Virus record (IMG/VR): IMGVR_UViG_3300008255_000103
Span: 1 to 64,000 of that record
Strand: one strand, 5' to 3'
DNA: 64,000 nucleotides
From: an uncultured virus (IMG/VR IMGVR_UViG_3300008255_000103)
Lineage: Duplodnaviria; Heunggongvirae; Uroviricota; Caudoviricetes
The notes beneath the pieces were generated by a model. The model worked only from the letters and a program-made list of their open reading frames with translations. It was not told the origin of the DNA and did not search any database. Position 1 is the stretch's first letter, and each line of letters starts with the position of its first letter. The position numbers and the translations under genes are program-made. Below, piece after piece: positions 1-10,889 of this stretch.

Positions 1-107
1 AACTGTCCATCCACTTTTTTGTGTCTTTCTATTTTTTGAAAAAAAAAAAATTTTTTTGCCAAAAAGTTCAACTGGAAAAAAAAAAAAAAAATGCTTTTTT
101 ATGGGGA

Positions 108-149
108 AAAAAAAAAAAAAAAAAAAAAAGGCAGCCGGTTAGAGCTGCC
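108..149 (-). terminator. Probable intrinsic terminator after the minus-strand operon
   Basis: GGCAGC-cggttaga-GCTGCC hairpin (130-149) followed on the minus strand by a long T run, ~20 nt downstream of the 171..647 stop; the run length may be an assembly artefact. Confidence 0.5.
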
Positions 150-170
150 ATTTACAAAAACGTTTAATTA

Positions 171-647
171 TTAGACTTCTTCGTAATAATATACGCTGGT
201 TCCAGTTTTAATCATTTGTTTATCTAATAGTTGAGGTAATTCTGGTATCAAATCTACTAATAACATAGAGACGTGTACAGATGCTTTTTCATATTTTGCC
301 ATATCATTTACCTTTTTTAGGCAAACTTCTAAAGCTTCTAGGTCTGTTTGAAGCTCTTCTGTCTGGCAAAGCATATGAAGTACCCAGGTATCACTTTGTA
401 CTGCGGTTGTATTAATAGCGCCTAATTTATAAGCTCCTGTCTTTGTAGCAAACCAACCACGACTTTCTTGCTTTACCTGTCTCCATTTCTTTTCAAAAAT
501 TGGGAACAATGGATTTTCAGGTTTTCCTGCCATATTGTTTACAGATAGCACAAATCTAAGACCTGCATTTTCTGGAGCTAGAATTGTGCCTTTAATAGTC
601 TTAGTCTTACCTTGGGTTTGAAATCTGTTCATATCTACGTTTGTCAT
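171..647 (-). CDS. Divergent macrodomain (Appr-1''-p processing/Poa1p-like) protein
   Basis: Motif order IKGTILAP...VNNMAG...KKW...LGAI...WVLHMLCQ...LEVCLKKV...ASVHV resembles small macrodomains; the canonical PRIGCG loop is missing. Confidence 0.5.
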   Translation of the reverse strand: MTNVDMNRFQTQGKTKTIKGTILAPENAGLRFVLSVNNMAGKPENPLFPIFEKKWRQVKQESRGWFATKTGAYKLGAINTTAVQSDTWVLHMLCQTEELQTDLEALEVCLKKVNDMAKYEKASVHVSMLLVDLIPELPQLLDKQMIKTGTSVYYYEEV

Positions 648-680
648 ATTTTGTCCTTTATCTCCACAGATACGAATATA

Positions 681-1361
681 TCAATGCCTACGAGAATTTT
701 CTTCGTCTTTTGGTTCTAAAATTATATCTCTTATTTGTTGTAACATAGCTAAGCATTCTTTTTTAGAATTAATTTTATCTAAATCAAATTGAACTGCTCT
801 AAATCCAAATTCTTTAGATACAAGTAAATTTTGTGATAAATCGTCTAGATATACACATCCAGTAAACTTGGGGTATCTTTGAAGGAAACTTTGATAATAT
901 AGGGATTGTGGCTTTCTGACGCCAATATCACAACTAAAATGTCTAATTGCATGTTTGAAGATACCATGATGATGCATGTTAGTATATTCTGTATTAAAAA
1001 ATCTATTTATCATTTGGGCATGATCTGTACCAACATTTGATAATAAGGCAATATTAATCTGATTATCATCATCGTACATTTTTTCAAAGAAATCTAAAAC
1101 ACTCCAATCAAAAACTACAACTTCTTTATCCCAAATAGTTAAAATCTTGTCCATAATTACAGAAGATTTAATTTGAAATTCAGAAGCTAATACATCTTTC
1201 ATATCTAACAAACCAACATCCCGCATCTTTTGTGAACGATTGACTCTTTGACCAACCTCCCATGTAGATATATTTGTTGCCTCTGATATTGCAAAAGTAA
1301 ATTTTCTAAAATCTATTCTGCACAATACATTTCCCATATCTAAAGCTAAATATCTTTTCAT
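681..1361 (-). CDS. HAD-superfamily phosphatase (YihX-like)
   Basis: Motif I LDMGNVL, motif II LLSN, motif III RKP, motif IV YLDD..N. Confidence 0.85.
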   Translation of the reverse strand: MKRYLALDMGNVLCRIDFRKFTFAISEATNISTWEVGQRVNRSQKMRDVGLLDMKDVLASEFQIKSSVIMDKILTIWDKEVVVFDWSVLDFFEKMYDDDNQINIALLSNVGTDHAQMINRFFNTEYTNMHHHGIFKHAIRHFSCDIGVRKPQSLYYQSFLQRYPKFTGCVYLDDLSQNLLVSKEFGFRAVQFDLDKINSKKECLAMLQQIRDIILEPKDEENSRRH

Positions 1362-2344
1362 ATATCTTCTATTCTTTCATGTAAAAATTTAATGTTTTCA
1401 TCATATCTTGTATTAACTGATTTTGAAAAATTTAAATCACTATCTAAATCATAAATAATATCACTTAATCCAAAATGTTCTGATGCCAGACTGTTAATAA
1501 TGCATTCTGTATCATTATAATCTATTGTAATTAAACTATATTTACCATTGTAGTATGCATCAGCCAATAAACTTGTTTGACCACTGCAAACAAATAAGTT
1601 TGCATTATATAGATTACATGTATATTCATCAATATTTGACATGTCTTTCAATATAATGTTAGGATAATCTTCATTACAATCTTCAGAAAAAATAATAGAG
1701 TCTGTGTATCTTTTTAGAAGACCAATGATATTTTTATTGGGTTGAATCATTCCTGCCACAATATTATGTTTACATATCACAGATGGTTTACCAATAGTAT
1801 GATAAGGTCTTATCCATTCAAATTCTTCTTTTAATTTCAAATCACTATTTGCATCTCCTAAATGAGAATATACAAAATTATAATTGGAATTATCAATCAT
1901 ATTCATAATCCTTTGATTATTTAGAGGAACTTTATGAAATAGATAATAGAATCTTTTGAAGAGACCTAAGTTATATTTCTGTTCTTGTGGCAATGCAAAA
2001 TTTAATAATGAAGAGCTGCATTGCCATAATGTAGTATTCAATACCATAGCAATATGAGATGTGAAATATTCACAGTCACTTATTATCAAATCAGGATTAA
2101 AACTTTTTACTTGATGAAAATATGTTTCAAAATTTTCATTGTCTAATGATATATGCTCTGGTTTGAACATATTATAAAGACAATCTAAGGTCCAATCTAT
2201 ATTGATATTATTAGGACTGGATTTTTTATATGTGGCTATTTTTAATTGATGTGGCTGATTTTTTATTGCATCAACAAATCTCTCCAATTGGATTTTAGAA
2301 TTAGTATGATTAGAACATGCATACAATATTTTTAATCTATCCAT
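1358..2344 (-). CDS. GT-B fold glycosyltransferase (MJ1255-like)
   Basis: N-terminal KILY, PDLIISDCE and C-terminal FVCSGQTSLLADAYYNGK match the MJ1255-type GT pattern. Confidence 0.6.
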   Translation of the reverse strand: MDRLKILYACSNHTNSKIQLERFVDAIKNQPHQLKIATYKKSSPNNINIDWTLDCLYNMFKPEHISLDNENFETYFHQVKSFNPDLIISDCEYFTSHIAMVLNTTLWQCSSSLLNFALPQEQKYNLGLFKRFYYLFHKVPLNNQRIMNMIDNSNYNFVYSHLGDANSDLKLKEEFEWIRPYHTIGKPSVICKHNIVAGMIQPNKNIIGLLKRYTDSIIFSEDCNEDYPNIILKDMSNIDEYTCNLYNANLFVCSGQTSLLADAYYNGKYSLITIDYNDTECIINSLASEHFGLSDIIYDLDSDLNFSKSVNTRYDENIKFLHERIEDI

Positions 2345-3048
2345 GATTTATTGTTTTTTATTCTAGATATAGTATCTCTATGTACACCAAATAATACCGC
2401 AATTTTTTTATTAGAAACACCCCGCGTAATAAGATATCTAATAATATTTACTTGTTCTTCAGTTAATTTAGCTGTAGCTAAACGATGTTCCTTACTTTTA
2501 GGAATACCTCTTTTAGATTGTGATATTTTATTGCAAAAATCTTGAGATCTTTTTCTGCCTTTTAATGGTGAGTTTTTATTTTGATTTGGATGTTTTCCTG
2601 GTTCATATTTATTGGTGAGAGATTTGGATATTTTTTCTTTTATATCTTCAGGTGTTGATTTACCTTTATTCCAAGGATCTTTTCCCAAATGCGCTTCAGA
2701 TATTTTACGTCTAGCCTCTTTAGACATTTTATGTCCAGAAGTTCCGTCACCACCATCAGTTAAATTGTATAGGCAGTATCCATCATTCTTTAATTTTAGA
2801 ATCCATTCTTGTTCAAGAGCAAATGCAATATTTTCTTCTACAATATCATCTACTATAGATGTTAATAAAAAATTATCATACCCATATTTATTTAAGGCAG
2901 CATGTAAATAATAATATGAATTTGGATATTTTGTTTTTCCACCTCTAGCGATTTTTAAGTGATCTCTAAATCTATCATGTAAATTTTTAGTTTTACCAAC
3001 ATAAATTTTACCATTTATTGTATTTATTAAAAAATATATGCAATACAT
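2332..3048 (-). CDS. GIY-YIG homing endonuclease with NUMOD3-like repeats and C-terminal HTH
   Basis: CIY...IYVGKT, R..DH, YNLTDGGDG, KISEAHLGK/KISQSKRG repeats, IAVLFGVHRDTISRIK HTH. Confidence 0.9.
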   Translation of the reverse strand: MYCIYFLINTINGKIYVGKTKNLHDRFRDHLKIARGGKTKYPNSYYYLHAALNKYGYDNFLLTSIVDDIVEENIAFALEQEWILKLKNDGYCLYNLTDGGDGTSGHKMSKEARRKISEAHLGKDPWNKGKSTPEDIKEKISKSLTNKYEPGKHPNQNKNSPLKGRKRSQDFCNKISQSKRGIPKSKEHRLATAKLTEEQVNIIRYLITRGVSNKKIAVLFGVHRDTISRIKNNKSWID

Positions 3049-3080
3049 ATTATATTACAATAATATTGATAGAAGCAGCA

Positions 3081-3125
3081 AGCGCCATAATTATTTGATG
3101 CCGCATATAATATCTTTAATTTCAT
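3081..3125 (-). pseudogene. Orphaned 5' stub of the 1358..2344 glycosyltransferase
   Basis: ATG overlapping the exonuclease stop (ATGA) reads MKLKILYAASNNYGA versus GT N-terminus MDRLKILYACSNHTN. Confidence 0.7.
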
Positions 3126-3730
3126 CCAGTTACAGTAGTTTTCATAAAATCTAAAATATCTTTAAAGTATTTTACTTGTTTCATAAAGAGTTCTTTAGTG
3201 GCTTTAGTATCTGATGCGGCTGTATGAGCTTTATCATTTTTGATACCATACTTTTTGATAATAGTATTTAGATTATAGTAATTTTCAAAATCACCTTTAC
3301 AATAATCTAAAAATAGCTCAATAACCATTGTATCCATATAGCGTCTACCAAATGGATAAGTATCTTTTGAATTACATTTAATCCAAAGTTGTTCTAATCG
3401 TTCTAAGTCGAATGAAACATTATGACCGACACATAGCCTTTGTCCAGATGGAACGCCATCTTCCATCAACCAATTTTCTATATCAACGATAGCATTATTA
3501 GCATTTTTATAAAGCTCCCTGCCTTCCTTAGTCTCATGTCTTAAATCTTCTAATTTATGACCATTGATTCTAAGAGCTGCGGGTTCGTAGTTTTCGGGAT
3601 TCGTCGGTTGAATAAGCCATGTTTTTTGAGCGTCATCGTTTAATCTGTATAAAGATAATTCAATGACGTCATATTTATGAGAATCTAATCCTGTCGTTTC
3701 TGTGTCTAATACGTAAATGGTATAATCCAT
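3122..3730 (-). CDS. DEDDh 3'-5' exonuclease (DnaQ-like)
   Basis: Exo I LDTETTG, Exo II GHNVSFD, Exo III AHTAASD. Confidence 0.92.
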   Translation of the reverse strand: MDYTIYVLDTETTGLDSHKYDVIELSLYRLNDDAQKTWLIQPTNPENYEPAALRINGHKLEDLRHETKEGRELYKNANNAIVDIENWLMEDGVPSGQRLCVGHNVSFDLERLEQLWIKCNSKDTYPFGRRYMDTMVIELFLDYCKGDFENYYNLNTIIKKYGIKNDKAHTAASDTKATKELFMKQVKYFKDILDFMKTTVTG

Positions 3731-3783
3731 AAAAATCTCCTAAGCGTGTGCTCAGGTATAAACTAATACTTAAAAATAACACG

Positions 3784-4134
3784 TCAAGTGTCGGAATTTA
3801 TTTTATTTCGTATTTCTGTTTTCAAGTGATTAAATGAATTGATGCCACTTTTATATTGAGAAATTAAGAAACTAACACCATCAACTGTTCTAAGAAATGC
3901 TTTTTCTTTTTTAGTTAACTTTGTTCCTTCTACAACAAACATTACCTTACTATTTTCAAAAATCTTCCATCTTTCTCCATCATTTGGTAATGAATATCTT
4001 TTTACTCTAATAATCTTTTCAGCAACATCATCTTCTTCATGAAAAAGATCATATTCAAATTTACTAAGATTATACTTTAAGTTTTGATCTTTGAATTCAT
4101 TTTCCACGGTTGGATCTACAGGTTTATTTGTCAT
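3784..4134 (-). CDS. Hypothetical protein
   Basis: Open frame in the operon; likely start MTNKP at 4134 (track extends to 4197). Confidence 0.6.
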   Translation of the reverse strand: MTNKPVDPTVENEFKDQNLKYNLSKFEYDLFHEEDDVAEKIIRVKRYSLPNDGERWKIFENSKVMFVVEGTKLTKKEKAFLRTVDGVSFLISQYKSGINSFNHLKTEIRNKINSDT

Positions 4135-4193
4135 TATTCTCTCTAAAGTTTTAAAATCAAGTTTAATAGGATTTTGTAGAAAATTACCACACA

Positions 4194-5405
4194 TCATTTA
4201 CACACCATATCGGCGGCGATTATGCCAGTAGTCGCTGCGGATAATATACCATGTATTCCAGCACTTTCACCAACAACATACAATCCGTCCACTTCGGTTT
4301 CTAGATTTGTTCCAATATTAATTTTAGGAGCCATAGGTGTTATGGTTGGAACATGAAAATAAGCCTTTGTAGAAATATCTGGGATAATATTAGAAATTTC
4401 TAAAATTGTTTCTTTAAGCCATTCATATTCAGGTATAATAGAAATTTTACTTTTACCAGCAAGTATCGTAGATATTCTTTCTTTTATTATACGATCATTA
4501 GCTAATACAAAAGTTAATTTTCCAAGTCTATCTGTTTGTTCAAACCCATAATTAGGATATGTCCTATTGCCTATGATTGTAAAAGAAACCTTATCAGTTT
4601 TCCATCGATTTTCATTAGAACGAAATGCTGATATTGCCATATCTAAATGATCTTCTGGAATTACAGTTCCATTCCAATTAAATGGTCCAATAGTTAATTT
4701 ATCATCTTTAGTAATTGTGCATGTAGATTTGTTAAGCTCTTTCAATATACCAGAACTCATTTCTGCTCTAATTCCAAATCTGGCGATATCATTGCTATCT
4801 ATTATACCAAAATTAGTATATAGCTCTTTAGCCCATCTCCAACCACTACGCCCAACTGCAAATATTATCTTTTTACACTTAAACTCTGCCTCTTCTGTAG
4901 AAACTATAAACATAGATTTATTCTTATATATATTCTCTACTTCCATATCAAATGCATATGTAATATTATTGTTCTGTTCAATTATTTCTGACATATATTT
5001 AGATAAAGCATGAATATCTTTAGGATATACTTGATAATGATCATTAAGAGATATAGAATATCCATTCTTCTTTAATCTCTTATTAAAAGCTACTGAAGGA
5101 GACTTATCCTTAATTAGCTTAAAATTATCAATATTTGATATTGTCTTATTAAAATAATTATAAGCAGACTTAGATTTTCGGACACCAACTAATTCAGATA
5201 CTTTGGATAAATCATTAAGATATAATTTACCATCACTATTTGGTAAACAGCCTAACCAGCCCTCAAGTTGACGACGACGTTTCATTGGAGGGCGACCCAA
5301 ATCAAATAGAATCGCTTTAACATTCTTATGTTCCTGTGCTAATCGCAATGCAGCAAAGGAACCTGCAACGCCTGCGCCAATAATACCAACATCATAGTTA
5401 TTCAT
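4194..5405 (-). CDS. FAD-dependent oxidoreductase
   Basis: Rossmann motif IIGAGVAG, internal FAVGRSG, C-terminal TEVDGLYVVGESAG. Confidence 0.85.
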   Translation of the reverse strand: MNNYDVGIIGAGVAGSFAALRLAQEHKNVKAILFDLGRPPMKRRRQLEGWLGCLPNSDGKLYLNDLSKVSELVGVRKSKSAYNYFNKTISNIDNFKLIKDKSPSVAFNKRLKKNGYSISLNDHYQVYPKDIHALSKYMSEIIEQNNNITYAFDMEVENIYKNKSMFIVSTEEAEFKCKKIIFAVGRSGWRWAKELYTNFGIIDSNDIARFGIRAEMSSGILKELNKSTCTITKDDKLTIGPFNWNGTVIPEDHLDMAISAFRSNENRWKTDKVSFTIIGNRTYPNYGFEQTDRLGKLTFVLANDRIIKERISTILAGKSKISIIPEYEWLKETILEISNIIPDISTKAYFHVPTITPMAPKINIGTNLETEVDGLYVVGESAGIHGILSAATTGIIAADMVCK

Positions 5406-5444
5406 ATATAATACCCACTACAGACCACTGTAACGAATATTATA

Positions 5445-6110
5445 TCATGACTGTTCTGTTATTTCAATACGATTAATTAAATCATCTATTATCTTGAATA
5501 TAGGATCCTCATATGGATGCTTATTCGCTTTAATATTTGCTACAGCTTCATTAAATTGTTTGTTTATATCGGGAAAAATCCACATAAAATAGTATGATGA
5601 ACTTTTGAATTCAGACACAAAAGAATCCTTTGCTTTATCTAAATAAGGAATAAAATTCATCTTTTCAGAAAGTTTTTGAATAGCATATAATGAAACCATA
5701 TATGCTCTTCTTTCAAAATACATTCTAAAATAAGCTGGTAATGGACATAAACTTAATATAGATAATATAAGGGCAATCTTCCAACTAATAAAAAATAAAG
5801 GCACAGCAACTAATAATAATGTAATTGGAAATAAATACAGCAAACTATATACAATCTTATTGTATTTTTCTGCATCATATATATGGACCAACTCGTGTAA
5901 AAATATTGTTATGGCAGAGTCAGGTCTTGTTTTAACAAACTTTTCATTGGGAAAATATATTGTATTCCCAATGGTAGTTGTATAGCTTGTCATAAATCTT
6001 TTATTGAAAAACAATATATAACCTAATAGTTTTATAAAGGTAGAGCTATCCTTATATTTGATTTTCAAATCAGGAAAGTATTGTTTTGCGTTTCGTATTA
6101 ATGAATCCAT
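5445..6110 (-). CDS. Putative membrane-associated zinc metallopeptidase
   Basis: TTIGNTIY followed by HELVH (HExxH), hydrophobic segments, downstream FERRAY glutamate. Confidence 0.6.
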   Translation of the reverse strand: MDSLIRNAKQYFPDLKIKYKDSSTFIKLLGYILFFNKRFMTSYTTTIGNTIYFPNEKFVKTRPDSAITIFLHELVHIYDAEKYNKIVYSLLYLFPITLLLVAVPLFFISWKIALILSILSLCPLPAYFRMYFERRAYMVSLYAIQKLSEKMNFIPYLDKAKDSFVSEFKSSSYYFMWIFPDINKQFNEAVANIKANKHPYEDPIFKIIDDLINRIEITEQS

Positions 6111-6114
6111 GATA

Positions 6115-6642
6115 TCACACTTCCATTGTTTGAATTGGTAGGGTGTATGGTTTTATTCCTTGATATGATTGGTTATTTGCTTTTAATTGGTTATTAATGG
6201 TGTCAACTCTTTGCTGCATTGTTACACCTATTATTGATTTATAAAGAGAATCTAATGCAGTACTTATTGCAGGCTTTAAAGATTCAGGCTCAACATCTAA
6301 TGTAAAATAAACATTTTTATTTGCAAGATCAGCAGTTCCAGTTAAATTCATAGATACTGGCTCTCCTTGAGAATCATTTGCAGCTTTTGCAATTAAAATG
6401 CCTATTGGTCCTTCTCCCATAGTCTTAACATATGTTATTTTATCTTCAGGATTGTTACTTTGTTTATCTTGTTCTGTTACCTCCGCGCCTTTCCAAACCC
6501 TACCCATACTTTTAATAAATTGTTCTTGTTTGCCTGCGATATTGGTAAAAAATATAGTAGATGCTGATAGTTCTTGTGCATATTTTCTTAATTTTACTTC
6601 AAATTTACTAGCTAATTTAACTATTTTCCCCGAATATTTCAT
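6115..6642 (-). CDS. Hypothetical protein
   Basis: 175-aa ORF translationally coupled to the upstream gene; no recognisable motif. Confidence 0.6.
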   Translation of the reverse strand: MKYSGKIVKLASKFEVKLRKYAQELSASTIFFTNIAGKQEQFIKSMGRVWKGAEVTEQDKQSNNPEDKITYVKTMGEGPIGILIAKAANDSQGEPVSMNLTGTADLANKNVYFTLDVEPESLKPAISTALDSLYKSIIGVTMQQRVDTINNQLKANNQSYQGIKPYTLPIQTMEV

Positions 6643-7409
6643 TATGTTCCTCGTCTATTTTGCAAATCAGCAATTAATTTATTTCTTATTGTATCAGTAA
6701 CACTAGAATTATAAATATGCATTTCTGCTAATCTTAATTCACATGCATCACCAGTAGTTCCCCATCCACCAATTACAAATTTATCAAAATTACAATAATA
6801 ATAAGTTGAGCTGTAATCAGTGAAATCATAGCTCATTTCAACACCATCAACCCACATACGATGCGTACTTCCAGAAAATTCTACAACCAAATTATGTCTA
6901 TTTCCATCAGCAATAAGTGGAGTGCCATAACGCCTAACATAACGAGAACTCGTACTAAAACTATATTCACAACGAAATATATCAGTTTGTACAGTATATA
7001 TTTTTCTAGGCGCTAAATGTACTGGATAATTATTTCCTGTTCCAGCTGTAAATCCCCATGGCGTATCAGCTACTCCTGTGCTTAATATTTGAACTTTAGC
7101 AGTTATTAAAAAACTTTTTTTGTTTCCTGAAACGCGAGGACCCCAGCCATTAGCTTGTAAACTATGACCATTTATATGAATAGATGGTCCACTATCACCA
7201 CCCCATCCAGTAGGCTCATATGTAGCATTAGTGCTAAATTGAATTAAATCTTCAGTACCCTGTTCATCTGATACGCTAACAACAGTTGATCCACTAACAG
7301 TAGCATTTTCAGCAAACCAATGCGATTGAATAAATCCAGGCACAACATATGCAGGAGGCGGTGGTGCCGATGACTTTACAAAATTAATTATCATTTTACT
7401 CCAATACAA
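6642..7409 (-). CDS. Concanavalin A/LamG-like beta-sandwich protein, probable virion accessory
   Basis: [11 protein letters not shown]...MWVDG...FVIGG...LAEMHIYN pattern. Confidence 0.6.
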   Translation of the reverse strand: MYWSKMIINFVKSSAPPPPAYVVPGFIQSHWFAENATVSGSTVVSVSDEQGTEDLIQFSTNATYEPTGWGGDSGPSIHINGHSLQANGWGPRVSGNKKSFLITAKVQILSTGVADTPWGFTAGTGNNYPVHLAPRKIYTVQTDIFRCEYSFSTSSRYVRRYGTPLIADGNRHNLVVEFSGSTHRMWVDGVEMSYDFTDYSSTYYYCNFDKFVIGGWGTTGDACELRLAEMHIYNSSVTDTIRNKLIADLQNRRGT

Positions 7410-8619
7410 ATATTAAGTTAACAGTTAAATCGTAATTCAATGATGTATAAGAATATCCCGTATTTGATATATCAATACGATCGCCTGGAAGAATTTCCGT
7501 TCTTAATGGATTTACATTATTATTTAATGATTCATTATAATGACTTGTATTAAGTTCCATAGTTGATAGCAAAAAATCATTTCCATTTATTTGGATATTA
7601 ATTCTTGGATAATAAGAACTATTAGCATATACATTTTGAGATCTGATCTCACAATAAATTAATCTAGCTGTAGGACTTCCCCATCTTATTCCACTATACA
7701 TTCCTAAAAAGGCTGATAAAATGCCAGCATCAGCGCCTGTGTGTCCTGATTCTGCATAAGCACCAGCTATAAAAATTGGCAAGAAGACTGTTCTAGTTGC
7801 TTGAGCATAATACACTTCAATTATATCACCAGCAACAGTACTTAAACTTGGTCCAGATACTTTAATACCCATGTCTCCAGGTGTATCATAATAATTCACA
7901 ACAATATACCATTTAAAAAATTCTACAGTAAATGTTTCAGTACCAAGTGGAGCGCTATTTACTCTTAATGTCCCAGTAATACCACTACCATTATCCCCAA
8001 GTATAGTTATATCCATGCCACCAGTATAACTAAATTCTTCTGCATATAAAATTCTATTCGTTAATGCCGAATCATTATAACCGTCTAACATATATGTTGA
8101 TCCAAGATTAACATATTTGAAATATATTTTTCCAGATTGGTCTAATAAACTGCCCGCTAATCCAACCAATGTATTATAACTATAAGAAATTCCAAAAGAA
8201 GTAGATGATGTAACGCCTTGTTTATCTAATACTCTTACAGCTATATTTTCTCTTAAATTGCGGCTTTGATTAGTTAATATAGTTAAATAATCAATATCTA
8301 TAGCAGTAGTTTCAAAATCAGTATTGGCAATTAAAGGATTCCATTCAGGAGCACCAGTTGGACCAGCAGGACCAACAACCCCTGAATCTCCAGTAGCCCC
8401 AGTAGCCCCAGTAGCCCCAGTCGGACCTGTATCTCCATCAACACCATTAGTTCCTGCCGCCCCTGTAGCACCTGTTGGTCCTGTATCACCAGATAAACCT
8501 CTTTCACCTCTTGGTCCTTGGGTTCCAGTCGAACCAGTAGCTCCAGTCGCTCCCCCTGCACTTGGAGTTACAGATGGAATACTTGTATTGTCATCAAAAT
8601 CATATGGGTATTTTGTCAT
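7396..8619 (-). CDS. Collagen-like (Gly-X-Y) fibre protein
   Basis: ~22 GXY triplets after the N-terminal [10 protein letters not shown], followed by a globular C-terminus. Confidence 0.8.
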   Translation of the reverse strand: MTKYPYDFDDNTSIPSVTPSAGGATGATGSTGTQGPRGERGLSGDTGPTGATGAAGTNGVDGDTGPTGATGATGATGDSGVVGPAGPTGAPEWNPLIANTDFETTAIDIDYLTILTNQSRNLRENIAVRVLDKQGVTSSTSFGISYSYNTLVGLAGSLLDQSGKIYFKYVNLGSTYMLDGYNDSALTNRILYAEEFSYTGGMDITILGDNGSGITGTLRVNSAPLGTETFTVEFFKWYIVVNYYDTPGDMGIKVSGPSLSTVAGDIIEVYYAQATRTVFLPIFIAGAYAESGHTGADAGILSAFLGMYSGIRWGSPTARLIYCEIRSQNVYANSSYYPRINIQINGNDFLLSTMELNTSHYNESLNNNVNPLRTEILPGDRIDISNTGYSYTSLNYDLTVNLIFVLE

Positions 8620-8651
8620 GTTAGTTACCTAAGATGCATTCTCTATTAGAG

Positions 8652-8672
8652 TATACTAAACTTTTAGTATAT
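8652..8672. promoter_or_regulatory. Palindromic site / probable bidirectional phage promoter between divergent fibre genes
   Basis: TATACTAAA-CT-TTTAGTATA; reads ATACTAA-N7-GTATA on both strands, the motif also found upstream of other genes. Confidence 0.6.
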
Positions 8673-8687
8673 TTACGAGGTTCTTAT

Positions 8688-9662
8688 ATGACAACCACCT
8701 ATCCAGCAGCATTAGACACTAATACAACTTTACCTAAAGTTACCGATAATTTAACTCCAGTTTCTGGATCTGTATATAATCGTTTACAAGAGGCAGTTAT
8801 TAGAGTAGAATATGAATTAGGCGTTAAACCTAGCGGAACTTATTCAACCGTTCGAGCAAGATTAGATGCACTTGAAGGTATTCTTGCAAAACTAAATCTA
8901 AACCTTCAATTTGGTGGAGATATCGAAGCTCAAACAGATCCTACTATTCAACATGTCATCGGTATTAGAGGCGAGACAATTTTAAATAATTTGTCAAAAT
9001 CAGTTGGAGGATCATTAAGATGGGATGGTAGTTATTGGAATCAGGTACAATTATATATGGACGATATATTACCTCCATTTTATGTAGAAATGAATGGACC
9101 TCCAATGCAAGAAGTAAATCAATGGCTATCATATCCTACATTTTATGGCACATATAATTTTGAACCTCCCACTTCTATTACATTAACCGATACTGAAGGA
9201 CACTCACAAATAATACCAATAGTTGATAGGGCTTTATTTTATAGTGATTATGAATTTCAAAAAACAGCATTTGATGGATACGTAACTTTTACATTAACAG
9301 CAGAACATCATCAAATAGAAAAAAGCTTTGACTATACAGTATACTGGGGACAAAAACTTTTTTGGGGTGTTGGTCCTGCTGGTTATACTACAGCATCTGA
9401 TATTACAACCAATTTAGATGGTTACGTTACAAATAGTATTGCTTATAATTTTACTGCAACTGCAGGAGCATCTGAAAAAATCTATTTTGCATGTAGAACA
9501 GCATATGGCGCAGCAACTTTTTATGTTGGGGGATTTGAAGGTGGGTTTACTTTAGTTAGCGATACAATCTCCATAACAAATGATTATGGATTTACTGAAA
9601 ATTATGCGCTTTATGAAAGTGATAATCTTGGATTAGGTACTACCACCGTTACAGTGAGCTAA
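8688..9662 (+). CDS. Probable virion structural/fibre-associated protein
   Basis: GAGG RBS before ATG 8688; N-terminal YPAALD...[13 protein letters not shown] segment shared in part with 22901..24703. Confidence 0.65.
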   Translation: MTTTYPAALDTNTTLPKVTDNLTPVSGSVYNRLQEAVIRVEYELGVKPSGTYSTVRARLDALEGILAKLNLNLQFGGDIEAQTDPTIQHVIGIRGETILNNLSKSVGGSLRWDGSYWNQVQLYMDDILPPFYVEMNGPPMQEVNQWLSYPTFYGTYNFEPPTSITLTDTEGHSQIIPIVDRALFYSDYEFQKTAFDGYVTFTLTAEHHQIEKSFDYTVYWGQKLFWGVGPAGYTTASDITTNLDGYVTNSIAYNFTATAGASEKIYFACRTAYGAATFYVGGFEGGFTLVSDTISITNDYGFTENYALYESDNLGLGTTTVTVS

Positions 9663-9670
9663 AGGACAAT

Positions 9671-10876
9671 ATGACATCTAGATATTTAACTTGGACGGGA
9701 TCAGACTGGGGCTTAGCTGAAAGCGGTGGCGGCGGTGGCGGAACTGGTACAATTGGACCTATTGGTCCTGCTGGTCCTACTGGAGCTACTGGTGCTACTG
9801 GAGCTACTGGAGCCGCTGGAGATACAGGCGCAACTGGAGCCACTGGTGCTACTGGCGCTACTGGAGCTGCTGGTAGTATAGGATCAACAGGCGCTAGAGG
9901 TCCTACCGGAAATACTGGACCAACCGGACCAACCGGACCAATTGTAGAACATAATTTATTAACATCAATACAAGGCGGTTCTGTAGCAGATGGATATTAT
10001 CATTTAACTAATAGTGAACATGGCTGGTTAACAGATGGATATGTAGATGGATATTGGAATGTAGATAAAGGAGCAATTGGAATAACTGTTTATAATCCTG
10101 GAGATATAATTTATGCTAGTGCAGAAGATATATTAAGTAAAATATCTATTGGCAATGAAGGCGAAACATTAATATCATCAGCAGGATTTCCAGTATGGGG
10201 ATTTCCTACTCATAGTTTATTATCATCATTAGAGGGCGGTTCTGGAATTGATGGTTATTATCATTTAACCAACAATGAACACACTTGGTTAACAGCAGGT
10301 TATACTGCTGGTAAATGGGCTGAAAATAAAGGTGGAACAAACCAAACCACATATACTATTGGTGATTTATTATATGCCAGTGCATCTAATACATTAAGTA
10401 AATTATCAGCATCAATAGATGGTTATATTCTTAAACTAGCATCTGGAATTCCTTCATGGGATATCCATACAAATACATTAACTCAAGTAACTGTTGGAAA
10501 AGATGGTTATATTACACCTGCTTCTGATGGATATCTAACATCTAAGTTTACAGAAGTTAATACAGAAGGATTCCCAGCATATGTGGCTAATACAACCTGC
10601 TACATTAAAAATTTTACAATTACAATGAGTGATGTAATGTTAGCAGGACAAACAGTAGTTATTACAATAAGAAAAAACAATGTGGATACTATACTTACAT
10701 TAACATTAGATAATGCAACTCCTTTGAATTCTGCGGTAACATTGCGAATAGAACAGGATATTACAAATTCTGTATCATTAGTTAATGGTGATAAAGTAAC
10801 GGTTAAATATGTAGCATCTGGCACGGCTGATGCTCAAGATATTTTTGTTACTTTTGATATATTGAAGACAGTATAA
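9671..10876 (+). CDS. Collagen-like fibre protein with duplicated ~88-aa module
   Basis: GXT triplets; two Hx[17 protein letters not shown] repeats; 7 DGY. Confidence 0.8.
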   Translation: MTSRYLTWTGSDWGLAESGGGGGGTGTIGPIGPAGPTGATGATGATGAAGDTGATGATGATGATGAAGSIGSTGARGPTGNTGPTGPTGPIVEHNLLTSIQGGSVADGYYHLTNSEHGWLTDGYVDGYWNVDKGAIGITVYNPGDIIYASAEDILSKISIGNEGETLISSAGFPVWGFPTHSLLSSLEGGSGIDGYYHLTNNEHTWLTAGYTAGKWAENKGGTNQTTYTIGDLLYASASNTLSKLSASIDGYILKLASGIPSWDIHTNTLTQVTVGKDGYITPASDGYLTSKFTEVNTEGFPAYVANTTCYIKNFTITMSDVMLAGQTVVITIRKNNVDTILTLTLDNATPLNSAVTLRIEQDITNSVSLVNGDKVTVKYVASGTADAQDIFVTFDILKTV

Positions 10877-10889
10877 GGCTAATAATAAA

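Noticed and set aside
1..129. Long poly-A/poly-T runs at the window start
   Set aside because: Low complexity and unlike the rest of the sequence; most likely a low-quality contig end rather than biology
6575..6642. Basic N-terminal leader ending KYAQ as a possible protease-cleaved packaging signal
   Set aside because: Single instance in this window; cannot be supported without more examples
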